A DNA stretch of 63,030 bases, the filler included, from Sluysia triapertura (lineage: Eukaryota): the NCBI GenBank assembly GCA_046118255.1. It is 5 parts of 5 records of this genome, joined end to end, with 100 filler letters (N's around TTAATTAATTAA, not from the genome) between each part and the next. Parts side by side here need not be neighbours in the genome. Positions count along the whole stretch, not along the records: positions 1 to 11,134 come from JBJNIA010188432.1; 4 more parts are not named here. One strand, 5' to 3'. The translations under genes were made by a program, and so were the position numbers. Each line of letters starts with the position of its first letter. The first letter of the stretch is position 1. Under the pieces are notes generated by a model that saw only the letters and a program-made list of their open reading frames with translations, had not been told where the DNA came from and did not search any database. Below are positions 1-11,234 of the stretch, piece by piece.

Positions 1-825
1 AATTATTTAAATTCTTATTTTCTCAGAAATTTATAGACTTAGATTTTATTATTTACAATAATTTTATTATTTACAATTAATAATTTTATTATTAACAATA
101 CTTTTATTATTTACGTTATTAATGAAAATATTATTAGATTCTGTAATGGTTTTATCATGCATTTTTGATATTGAGTATCTTTTAATTAAGCTTATGTTCT
201 TATTATTTATGGTAAAAACAGTTATATTGTAAACATTTCTTTTTTGTCATTCGTTGAAATGGAAATAACGTCATTTTTGTATTTATCTAATAAGTCATTT
301 GTTCGGCCATTTGGCCATAATTCGATAGAGTCGTGCATTTAGTTATGGTGCTATACCCATATCTGAATAAAGATAAGCTTACTACTTGGTAAATGATGAA
401 ACGGATGCTTATATTTGAAGTTATCAATCTATAATGAATTTCATTATACAAATCATGTGCACGCATTATGGTATTATCCTTTAGTAAATTATATGTATGT
501 GCTGTGTCATTGGGTTAGCGATGAATAATTGGAAAAACAAAAGGATTTATTCTAATTTTATAATAAAATGATTTTCGAGTTTTGATTTAAATCACATGAC
601 TTAAATTTGATTCTTTTTATATCACTTCATCCTAAAATTTATTAAATTAACTCCATTTTTATCTGTTTGATTTGTCTCCATAATTATATGAGGCTGCATA
701 GTGTTTGATTTTCCTTAATGCGTTTATAGGATTTGGAAATGCATTAGCGATGCATGTTAATGTTTGGATGCAGGATTAAGTGCCATAGAATAATAATAGT
801 TTAATTGTCTATAATAAAATAAAAT

Positions 826-913
826 TGTTAGACGGAGCTGATAGCTTAGTGAGTACTGCGCAGTCAGAGGACCGAATTCGATTCCTGGTCAGTCCATTTT
901 GTGAAATCTAACA
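826..913 (+). mobile_element. tRNA-Ala-like cassette with TG...CA inverted termini, copy 1 (internally deleted)
   Basis: TGTTAGAC 826-833, GGAGCTGATAGCTTAGTG (A box-like), ATTCGATTCC (B box-like), TCAGTCCA, TTTT, ATCTAACA 906-913. Homologous to 2148-2245 and 21430-21525. Confidence 0.75.
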
Positions 914-1712
914 TTAATGAGACACAGGCAATTAAAGTTGATCATAAATTTGTCATTTTTTAGTCATCGTATATTAGTGGCGAATGATTTCCTGTGGCAT
1001 ATTCATAAATCGTGGGTGGCAATATTGGTAATCCTGGTAGTGGTATAGTTAATTTGACGTGGAATATTTTATGGATCATTATCATCGTCATTAGACAGTA
1101 AACGTGGATATTTGAATTTATTCGATACAAACATAATGATCAGGAGTATAATTATAGGAAGGGCAATAATAAATAGTACTGGGACTATATTAATATCATC
1201 AATATCATTTTTTTCTGATTTTATTAAATGTTGCCTTGTTTCCTTTAATGCGAAATGTAAATGTCTCTTTTTATTCGATGAAAGATAAATTCGTGAAATT
1301 ATATGTTGTATTCATTAGTTAGAAAGTCAGAGCATATTGTAAAGGGGTTCAATAAATTGTTAATGTAATATTCGTTAATTTCCCAGGTGCTGTAAGTGAG
1401 TCTAGTAGATTTTAAACAAATAAATCTAACTCGAACATTACTATGTAACATTTTAACTGAATTGTGAAATTGTGATATTCGAAGTGCTTGGATTTATAAA
1501 CATGTCCCTCGCATTGAGCTATAGTTATCTTTACTATGAGAATGTAAATATGTCATTTCTAATTAATTTTAATTTTAATTGCGGATTTTTAATGTGACAT
1601 TTTAATATTTTATTATGATAATTTAGAAATAGTTGCTATAAAATAAATTATTATTATTACTATTATTAAAAATTATTAAAATTATGTATTTATGTATTAT
1701 TATTATTATTAA

Positions 1713-2110
1713 TGTTGGGATTGTCAAGTTAGTGTATTAGAATTTAAAATATTTAAGAAAAAATGATGTAAAATAGCTGAAATATGACAACATAAACACA
1801 ATTAAACATGAATAGTAAAATGTTTATAATCATTTTGAAACCGAAGAACACCTTAGAGTTTCAAAGACCTTTATAGGACATTGAGACTACTACAAAGACT
1901 TAAGTAAGTTTTAGAAAGATGTCTTGAAGTGTAAAGATACCTTCTGAACCTCTTGATTATTTGAAACCTGGTTGATCTATTGAAACATTTTAAGACTCTT
2001 GAGACTTTAATAAACTTTTGAAACCTTCGAAAAACCTTGTAAAAAGTTTGAAACCATTAAAATATTCAAAGATTAAAAGTATGATTAATGATATTAAAAA
2101 CAAATTTAAT
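1713..2110 (+). repeat. Dispersed ~350-400 bp repeat family 1 (starts TGTTGGGATTG; LTR-like), copy A
   Basis: Aligns by eye to the reverse complement of 6290-6711 over its full length, and to other copies listed below. Confidence 0.75.
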
Positions 2111-2147
2111 ATGCCATTTGGTGAAACTGACTATAATAAAATAAAGC

Positions 2148-2245
2148 TGTTAGACGGGGCTGATAGCTCAGTGGCAGAGCAATCGAACTATGCAGCGAAG
2201 GTCTCGGATTCGATCCCCGGTCAGTCCATTTTATGAAGTCTAAAA
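2148..2245 (+). mobile_element. tRNA-Ala-like cassette with TG...CA inverted termini, copy 2 (best-preserved tRNA body, 2157-2228)
   Basis: TGTTAGAC 2148-2155. Acceptor stem GGGCTGA/TCAGTCC+A with G3:U70. A box TAGCTCAGTGG, TGC in a distorted anticodon arm, B box-like ATTCGATCC, TTTT 2229-2232, GTCTAAAA 2238-2245. Confidence 0.8.
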
Positions 2246-3046
2246 TTTGGTGAGCCCACATTGTAATGGCCGAGTTAAATTTGGGCGTTTCATGTATAAA
2301 ATTTGCATATATTTAAAAACTTCATTATTGTAAAGAGAATTACTAAACTTGGGCTTAAGGCCCGCTACAAATTTTAAAATTCTATTATTAAAAACGAATC
2401 TATGAAATATGGACTTAAGGTCCTTTTCATTATTTAAATTTAATAAATCAAAAACATTAAAATTCGGCTTAATGCCTTTCATATTATAAAAATATTGAAA
2501 TTTAGATCCATAACAAAAGACAACGTAAAATTTTGAACTAAATTTAGAATAGAACTTCATCACACATGTAAATGTTACACCTAAAAAGTCTTTAACGTCT
2601 TTGACTTGAATAAACAGAACAGGAATTCTAATCTCTAGATCGAGTAATCTAAAAATCAAAAGAATATAACCTATAGTTTCCAAATAAGAAGTTTGATATC
2701 ATTTGTACCACGATGAATGAGCTCGTACATCCTTGAATCGCGCGATTTAAAAACGTTGTAGTGACAATATAGATTAAACGCGTTGTCGTAGAAGATTGCC
2801 GATTGCTTTTGCATATATTTTGTATAAGTGCACATGATATAGTATTGTGTAGCTGATCTGGGTTTTTCTAGAAAAATCACACTGATCAACTGGAGCATGC
2901 AAGTAGTCTCTGCGCTTGTTTATAGCATTCATTTCATTTAAAGTCTGGTCTTTTCGTTCTTGCATTTGAGTAATAACATTACTATGATCAACATTGGATT
3001 TCGCATAACTGACTTGTTCCTTCATTCGTATAGACTTTAATCCCAC
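2240..3046 (-). other. Coding-like region of three overlapping minus-strand ORFs; unknown protein or pseudogene
   Basis: ORFs 2774-3046, 2671-2898 and 2240-2683 lie in different frames in locally higher-GC sequence. No family motif recognised. The last stop falls inside the tRNA-like repeat terminus. Confidence 0.3.
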
Positions 3047-4224
3047 TTTTGTAAATCAACGATGCTTTCATTTCAAGAGGAAATTTAAACTAATTCAGTA
3101 TCCTGACTTGATATCTCTATTTTGTCGGTAATTTTTTAAAAATTAAACAAAAATCAAATAAAGATATAGGAAATTTTTCTCTACGCAAACACCAATTTAA
3201 AACTAACTGAAGCTCTTAATGTTACACAAATTAAAACTGTGAGAGTGAAAACATTTTTAAACATTTTTAAACATTTTAAAACAATTTTATGACATTTTTA
3301 TGATATTTTGATATTTTGATGATATTGATGTAATAATTTGAATTGTTTATAATTATTTTTATTTTTATTTTTATTAAAATCTGTAATTATTTGAAAAAAC
3401 AATTGTTGATAATTATTTTATTATTTCTACTTTTATTAAATATTATAAATATTATAATAAAATACTAAAACATTAAAATTAAATATTAAATTTAATTTTA
3501 AAAATTTATTTAAAAGAAATAATTTTGTTTAAAGGAATAAAGTAAATAATTTTGTTTAAACAAATACGCGAAAGTAAAATGGTGGTTAGAAATTTACTAT
3601 TTAAACTAACACAATTTTGGAAATAAAACACAATATCAGACACGAGATCACACACAAAATCATACATAATATCAGGCGCAATATCAATAACGATACTTAG
3701 GAGAAAAAATTTTAATTCGGTTTGCCAGAATACGACCAATTTATTAGAAGACAATAATTATTAATTCCAAGTAATTCGTTTATTGATAAGGTTTTTTCGC
3801 TTTACTTTACATAAGAAAGCTAAATTTTACACTTAAATTTTAAACATTCTTTGTAAGACCATAATTTGTCTTACTCAAACTATCATTTTTAAAATCATTG
3901 TAAATCTACTAAGGTAATTTATTATCTTAAGCAATATTTAAAATTATTATACATATTATAATTTTGTTTAGGTATTAATCGTAAAGATTTTTTTTGAACT
4001 TTCTAAAAATATATTATCAACAAGAATTACAAAAAAAATCATCCAATCAAGACCAATATTACTGATTTGTCTATTTTGAAGCCCTGATTGGATGACCAAC
4101 TAGAAAACAATATTTTGCTGACTAAAAGATTAATTATTATATTACTCGAAGAAAGCAAATCTCATTACACGAAAAATCTCAAATTTTATAAAAAAAGAAG
4201 TTTTGATCGAAACAAATAAAATAA

Positions 4225-5797
4225 ATGCTTTTTGCGAATTGTCGTATTGAACCTACATTAGTTAGTATCGTTGTCGTTCCAACCAATGTTGAAAATAATT
4301 TACAATATGTTGTTCTAGCTGCATTATCAAAGTTCATAAACCAATCATCATGTTTACCATTAAAGGTTGATGAAAGTTTTGGTGAATTAACAGAATCATG
4401 TGGTCAAATATTAAACATAGTTGCGTTTCTTGAAACAAAAAATTGATGTCATATCGAAAGATATTAAAAATGACAAAGTTAATATTTATAAATCAAATAC
4501 TGCGAATGAAGATTTAATAAAAATAGTCAAGAACCATATTGCATCGATGCTTTATTCAATAAATTGCAGAACTTACAGAATGCACGTAGTTTCAGATCTG
4601 CTGCTTCAGATTGCTGTTTGGAATGTTTACTTAGTCTTTGTGAAAATATACGAATATGTTCCAATAATTTACATTCATTATCGAGTTTTGTACATAATAA
4701 TTTAACTATTCAGGCGTATTTATTTTATTATCAATTAAATTTAAAAGATTATTTAAAAAAATTTCATTTATTGTCATCGCGAACGATTTTAGTAAGTCAA
4801 CGATTTATATCTCAAGGTTCGTTAGCATTGTCGCACTCAGAATTGTCTAGCTCTACACATGATGATCTTTGGGAAATACTACGTAGTATTGAAGAATACA
4901 ATATAATTATTGTTCATTGTTTAGTACAAAAACCATATAAATTAACTCGTGATTGCTATCTATTAGAATTGATTAGTTTTAATTCCATTAATCGCGCAAT
5001 TAATCGTGAAATAACTGGTATACGACTTATTAGTTTCAGCCGCATCTAATACAAATTGGCATCAGAAAGATCATTTTTGATTACGCAAAATGATTATCTT
5101 AATTTTTTTCAACCGACTCATTTGAAAGAAGAGAAGTATACTAATGAACTATTATATTATGACGAAAGTGTTGCACTACCAATGAAAGACGATTCGCCGA
5201 TTAATAAATACTCGAGAATAAAATATGAATATACTTCAATTTTCTTAGACATTATTTCTCAGACTACTGAAATGTTGAAGGAATTCAGTAGTCAACATTT
5301 ACCAAAACGAAAGTTTCGTAAAGGACTACAGTGGAGTGATCACAAAGATGTTGTATTGTGTCATCAAAGGATTGATCGATATTTAAGTGTATTATGGATA
5401 ATGTTAGACAAAATGTTATTAGATGTAAAGTACTCATATTGTAACACTAGCGATGTGAATGAATATTTCCTGGTTATATCTTGGCTATTTTTGAATCTCG
5501 AATGCCGTTATGAATTAGGACAATTAATTAAAAAGATGGTTACATTAAGCTTACATCAATGGCGAATGAGGCAAGAGTATCATATTAATCCACAACTACA
5601 TCCGTTATGTCAAGGACTGTTAATGGTGTTTCAATTTAGTTATACTTTAATATTGGTAAGCAGATACATCAAAATTCATGTTGGGACAATATTTTCAGTA
5701 ATTTTAAGTCGTTTGTTCATAATTAATGATTTTATTATATTATATTTTTCAGACTCGAAATATGCAATATGGAATCTCGAAGTACCATGCAGTGTAG
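4225..5797 (+). CDS. Spliced gene for an unknown, probably alpha-helical protein (5' end uncertain)
   Basis: ORFs starting 4225, 4564 and 5056 share one frame. A 48-nt GT..AG intron 5018-5065 (CTAAT branch-like site) removes the TAA in frame. Intron 5656-5752 (GTAAG..TTTCAG) leads to TRNMQYGISKYHAV-stop at 5797. The first junction needs a weak intron (4425-4526) or frameshifts. Confidence 0.55.
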
Positions 5798-6289
5798 TGA
5801 AGAACTCGAAAAGCCTGAATTCAACAATTTATAAAAATTTCAAATGCATAAATATATGTTATTATATATCTAATAAAATTCATTGTTTTATCTATTCTAA
5901 AGTTTTTATTATTCATGTAAATAAAGATAGCATATCTTTCGTAAATACCAGAAATATAAATAATCAAATAAAGAATCAAATAATGCATGTTACATCATTT
6001 AACAATAAAATTAATAACATGTATTTAATCATGAGAGTCTATGTTTCTACGAGGTTTACTGTTGAGCTTATACCAAATAAACGAACAACATTTAATAAAA
6101 TTACAAATTTAAAATTTTACAACAAATATATTTCAAAACTCGGCCAACAAACCACATCTCCAAATCGGTGTCAGGTTTGAAACATTACCACACCCCCAAA
6201 AGTACTTTATATGGTACTCAGGAGGCTCTAAGTGTTTTCACCTTCACTGCTTTGATTCCTTTTTCTACTTTTTATTTCAATTATTAATG

Positions 6290-6711
6290 TATTAAATTTG
6301 TCTCTAATATCATTAACCATAATTTTAATCTTTGAAAATTCAAAAGTTCAAAACATTTTACAAAGTTATTCGAAGGTCTCAAAAGTTTATTAAGGTCTTA
6401 AGAGTTTTAAAAGGTTCCAACAGATCAACAAGGTATTAAATGATTCCAAGGTTCAGAAGTTCAAAGGTACCTTCATACCTCAAGACATCTTTCCAAACCT
6501 TACTCAAGTCTTCCTAAGGGTCTCAATACCTTACAAAGGTTTTTGGAACTTCAAGGTATTCTTCTGTTTCAAAATGATTATAAACATTTTACTGTTCGTT
6601 ATTCATGCTCTAGAAATATTTAATTATGTTAATATTATCATATTTCAGATATTTTATATCACTTTTTCTTATGTATTTTAAATTCTATACACTAACTGGA
6701 CAATCCCAACA
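6290..6711 (-). repeat. Dispersed repeat family 1, copy B
   Basis: Ends in CAATCCCAACA (rc TGTTGGGATTG). Reverse complement matches 1713-2110. Confidence 0.75.
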
Positions 6712-7334
6712 TCATCACCAAATGACGAACGCATGCATTTGCATTTATTGAGCTAACTATTAGCAAAGCTACAGCTAATGCAATAAGGATAGCATTATAT
6801 CTACTATTAATAAAGTTAATGATGGGACTTTTAATGTTTCTAAGTGCAGACATTTTTGATTGCCTTAAATTGCAAAACGTAATTGCTTGTTCATTATAGT
6901 TTTCTTCTTAACATTAATTATAAATGTATCCATCTTCCGAAGCTGAAAAAATTTTAATGAGGTATTCTGAATGAAGTGACATCTTTATGAAATATACTTA
7001 ATGTGCTTGAATACCATTACCTATTATTTTAACTTGTTCTTCAGTATCATAATTATAGAAATCGAAGTATTCTGATCTATAAATTTTTTGTGAACCATCT
7101 GTAATTTTTATCAATGATTGTAAAACTTATAACATTACACCTTATCTTATTTGTGATGTTAATGACATTCCGCTTTTATTATGTTGGTATCATTCAGAGG
7201 TAAATATTTCTTAGAGTGGTGATAAAATTGGAATGATGCCCATCTCCTTTTATAAACTGTTTTGTGATTTAAGTTTGTAAATTTCTGCGGATGGTCACAA
7301 AATCATGAAACAGTGCAGGATAAACTAAATATTA

Positions 7335-7694
7335 TAGGGTGGTCACTAGAAAAGCGGAAAATTTGAGGGTCATATGAGATCATTAATAAAATGCTTGCTT
7401 ATTCATTTCTATTTTGATTCCCACAATATGAAAGGAAACAAGAAACAGCTTTCAGATTTTCAAATGCAAGTGATTATTCTTTTCAAAAGTGGAAATCCGA
7501 CTTGGGAATGACAAAATGTCTAGCTGTGTTACCAACTTTTTTTCAACGATTACAAGGCATCAGTTTAAAATGCTGCTCTGAAGTGCACAGACGATATTTT
7601 GAGCATATGCAAGTGTAATATAACATAAGCCTTTAAAAAACTTTGTAAAAAATATATCGCTGACAAATTTTCCGCATATTTATCGACCACCCTG
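7335..7694 (+). mobile_element. Tc1/mariner-type non-autonomous deletion derivative
   Basis: Imperfect ~31-bp TIRs: TAGGGTGGTCACTAGAAAAGCGGAAAATTTG (7335-7365) and CAAATTTTCCGCATATTTATCGACCACCCTG (7664-7694). TA on the left. Internal ...FQRLQ...YFEHM remnant resembles the C-terminus of mariner-like transposases. Confidence 0.7.
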
Positions 7695-9074
7695 TTGTGT
7701 ATGTAAACTGTGATAAGCATAACAGTGTTTACAACGAAATCATCATGGATACAATATTATGTACAAATTGCATAAGTACGGTTAATTTCGAATCAAGTGA
7801 TACCGACTCTTAGCAATGTTATAGTGAAATACACGGCTAATTAACTGAGCATTATCTAAAACTTATCATAAGTTAATATAAAATAATCCCCAACATATTA
7901 TTAGCATGAGTATGAAGCTAATTCATTTATTCTTAGTAGTATTCATCTTCTACATCTATTTTATTCCAAATACTATTGAAATAAGCTAATCACGAAATTA
8001 TGTACCCAAAAAATACGCCTACTCCAACAAAACAAAACCCACCAATAAAAACTTTTCAACTTTAATAATACATAAAATTACCATAAAAAGCATATCTACG
8101 ATACATCACTCAAACTTTGTGATCAAGCTAGGGTAAGGACTCATTTCATCAAGTCGAAATTTTTAAGTTAATTTAAACTTTTTCACCAAAACCAAACAAA
8201 ATATTCCTTAAATTTTAAATACTTATTAAACAAAACTATTTTAATTTATTCTCATGTATGCACACTTCAATAGTATATGATTAATTAAATAAAACAAAGC
8301 ATATTCTATCATTTGTATATGTAAATATCTATTTACAAAGCCTTTTGTATTTAATGAATTTAAATTTGTGTATCAAAAATAATACTTCATATACTTAAAA
8401 TTTAACAAAACATTTTAAAAATTATTTAAATTAACAACCAAATGACCAAATTGAAAGTTAATGACTGTACAAATTTATAATTAATAATTAATTCGCATTT
8501 ATAGAATATTTTTCTTGTTTATTGAGAAAATTATTTTTTCATAAATAACTATATAGTATAAAAGAGTCTTGGTATTTTAATTAATTTATGCGGTGTTCAT
8601 ATGCGCTTTTTAGTAAAACAAATTAATTTCATTCAATTATGTTGTAATTAATTCATAATTAAATTTGACTTTATTATAATTATAGTTATAATTATTTAAT
8701 TTTTATTTTATGTAGAAGTATTTTGCATAGAATTCTATTTCTAACAAAAATATAAGGGTTATAACAAGAAAATACGATGTTAATTTTTCATTTCTATTTT
8801 CATTTCCGTATTACTCTCATGCTACTATCGACCTGCAATCTGTCGACTTGTGTTAATCAATCGTAACTGCATATTCTCTAAAGTTGCATTTTAAAGTCAC
8901 TTCAATTTTTGATTTAATATGTTTAAAAGTTGTTTCAAAATGTAATTTAAACATTCATAAATATAAATATAAAAGTTCAAGCTTTTAAGACTCCGTGATA
9001 CAACATTACCAATTAATTTAATTTAATTTTCGTGCTTAACATACTCAATTATGACTTTAGTAGATGAACAGGAC

Positions 9075-9317
9075 TTATCCAAGAAGCATCTCATAGGAGA
9101 TGTTGAATTCAGGGTCATCGTCGGTGCTGCCAAGCAACTGATGGTTTATTAAAATTGTAACATATCGTAATCGCAAAATTTTAAGTGGGAACCAAATATT
9201 AATATGCTTAGTTCGGGAATATAAAGCCTTAATCTTTTCCGAACGGGATATTTTAATATTATAAGTTTTCCTGCATGATATACATTTCACATTTATTGTA
9301 ACGATGTCATCAACCAA
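9075..9317 (-). CDS. Possible exon with a ubiquitin-like sequence pattern
   Basis: VTINVKCISCRKTYNIKISRSEKIKALY...ILRLRY resembles the beta-beta-alpha-beta pattern of UBL domains. Judged by eye only. Confidence 0.25.
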   Translation of the reverse strand: MVDDIVTINVKCISCRKTYNIKISRSEKIKALYSRTKHINIWFPLKILRLRYVTILINHQLLGSTDDDPEFNISYEMLLG

Positions 9318-9438
9318 CCTTATTCTTTCTTTAAAGATTAAAATTTAGGTTTATTTTAAGATATTACCTTATAATATCACTTTATAAAAAGTAACTTACT
9401 GTTAACATGGATTTATGATTATTTAGCTTATCTTTACA

Positions 9439-10235
9439 TTATTCATTTAATAAATATGCAAAATATTTATTAAATTTTATTAATTTATTATTTACAATTA
9501 AAAATTGTGAATAGTGATTAAAATCTTGTTCAAAAAACACCACAAAATATTTATATAACGTTTTAAAAATTTTGAATGTCAAGCTCGATCTTCTGTACGT
9601 GCCACCTTTTTCATTTTTTTGTTCCTCAGTCTGAAGAAAAAACATTATTTTAGTAAATGAATTAAATACTTTATGAAATTCCATTGCAGATTTATTGTCA
9701 AAAGGTATCTTTTCCCAAGAACCGCGACTCTCGATCAATTCGTTAATTTCTGATTCTCCGCGTGGGTGTAATGACAGTTTAACTCCATTCTTCATATACA
9801 ATCCATATATATCTTTGGAGAATGGGCAAAAGGCGATGATTTCAGCTTTGTAAGCATCTTGTTTACTGACATTAACTGGTGGTGATGATTATTGTTGAGT
9901 TTGAATCCATAATCATCATGTTTGTAGTGCTTAACATTAATAATACCGTCTTTATATTCTTCAACTTTATAATCATTATCTTTAAAGTAACTAACATCAT
10001 TACTGGCAACTTTATATTCTTCAATTCTATGATTGTCATTTTTATAATGCTTAACATCATTTCTGCCGCCTTTATATTGTTTGACTTTATAATGATCATC
10101 TTTATATTCTTCGACATTATAATCATCATCTTTATATTGCTTAACATCATCGTTAGTATCATTATGGTCTTTAAGTTTATATTCATCTTTATAGTCTTTA
10201 AAATAGTTATTATAATAGTTCAGTTGCATTTTCAA
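9439..10235 (-). CDS. Unknown protein with about eight 10-aa YKDD-type repeats, followed by a frameshifted non-repetitive region
   Basis: 30-bp tandem units at ~9905-10150 encode DVKQYKDDDY/NVEEYKDDHY/KVKQYKGGRN/DVKHYKNDNH etc. A second frame is open 9888-9439 (SSPPVNVSKQDAYKAEIIAFCPFSKDIYGLYMKNG...). Confidence 0.45.
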
Positions 10236-10377
10236 TTTACTGCCAAAATTTGTATTTCACCAACAGTGTTAAAACTTTTATTGCATATATACGTTGCCAA
10301 AAATTGTGTTCCGTTAAAATAAATTGACATAAGTTGTAACAAATTGAGGTCAATAATTTTGTGTATAACTTTTTGGA

Positions 10378-10468
10378 TGTTCGTACTACTAATGATTGGC
10401 TATCCAACCAAAATCGTTTAGAGGCAATCAGTATGATGTTTGATTTGGTTGGATAGCCAATACGAACA
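10378..10468. repeat. Inverted repeat/hairpin with 18-bp perfect arms, each containing a CCAAT box
   Basis: ATTGGCTATCCAACCAAA (10395-10412) vs TTTGGTTGGATAGCCAAT (10444-10461). Outer TGTTCGTA/TACGAACA pair. Confidence 0.8.
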
Positions 10469-11134
10469 GTTAATTTATTTTATTAAAATTGATTACTGAG
10501 ATCACACTGTGATTAAAACCATCATCAACACTGACATGGAATTATAAATGTAAACCAAAATGTCACTGCTGATGATGGCAGTTACTCAGTTGATTATGAA
10601 CTACATTAATAAAAATTAAATTAAATTGTGTTAAATTTATGATAATAATAATAATAATAATAATAATAACGAAGTGTTATTATTATTATTAATCGAAAAA
10701 CGCATGAATTTCTTTGAAATATTAATTTTTACACGATCTTTCTTTGGTTTTCTTAAGATTTCTGAACATATCTAAATTAAAGTTGAAAAGGATGAAGTCT
10801 ACCGAACTATGGTTGTGATATCAATGCTTTTAGGTGCTGATTAAGGTTTTTGAAAGAAGGTAATGTTTAAATATTCGGATTTAATAGTATAATATCGTGA
10901 ATTTAATGTTTGGATTGCTTTAAAGATATCTGTTGATTAATTTCAAATGCTGGGTGTTTTTTCTAACTTAAAAACCTAACATACAACAAAATAATTAATT
11001 ATTATGAATCCGTTTACAGTATACGACTTACTAATGGCGTACCTGTAAAATTACGTTAAAGCAATTATCCAAATTAATCGTACAAAAGATGCTTCGCCTT
11101 AACTTAACAATAATGGGCAAAAATCGTTGTTTTA

Positions 11135-11234
11135 NNNNNNNNNNNNNNNNNNNNNNNNNNNNNNNNNNNNNNNNNNNNTTAATTAATTAANNNNNNNNNN
11201 NNNNNNNNNNNNNNNNNNNNNNNNNNNNNNNNNN
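11135..11234. other. Assembly gap: N44-TTAATTAATTAA-N44 spacer (also 22533-22632, 37794-37893, 52048-52147)
   Basis: The same 100-nt structure occurs at four places. TTAATTAATTAA gives stops in all six frames, as in scaffolding linkers. Confidence 0.95.

Noticed and set aside
2157-2228. Functional tRNA-Ala gene
   Set aside because: The anticodon arm does not form a 5-bp stem with a 7-nt loop, the T stem has mismatches, and the copies are mutually diverged. Treated as a tRNA-derived repeat.
6720-7140. Helitron/Pif1 helicase remnant (QKIYRSEY on the minus strand)
   Set aside because: The expected downstream Pif1 motifs (PPHxLxLK, LLRN, GLCNG) are absent.
9905-10200. CRISPR-like array
   Set aside because: The units are contiguous degenerate 30-mers without unique spacers, in a eukaryotic context with no cas genes.
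9872-10322. Alternative-frame and antisense ORFs (9872-10186 -, 9879-10322 +)
   Set aside because: These are Ile/Met-rich shadows of the 30-bp repeat.
11179-11190. TTAATTAATTAA recurring in the middle of four N runs
   Set aside because: It is always centred in N44-12-N44. This is an artificial six-frame-stop scaffolding spacer, not biology.
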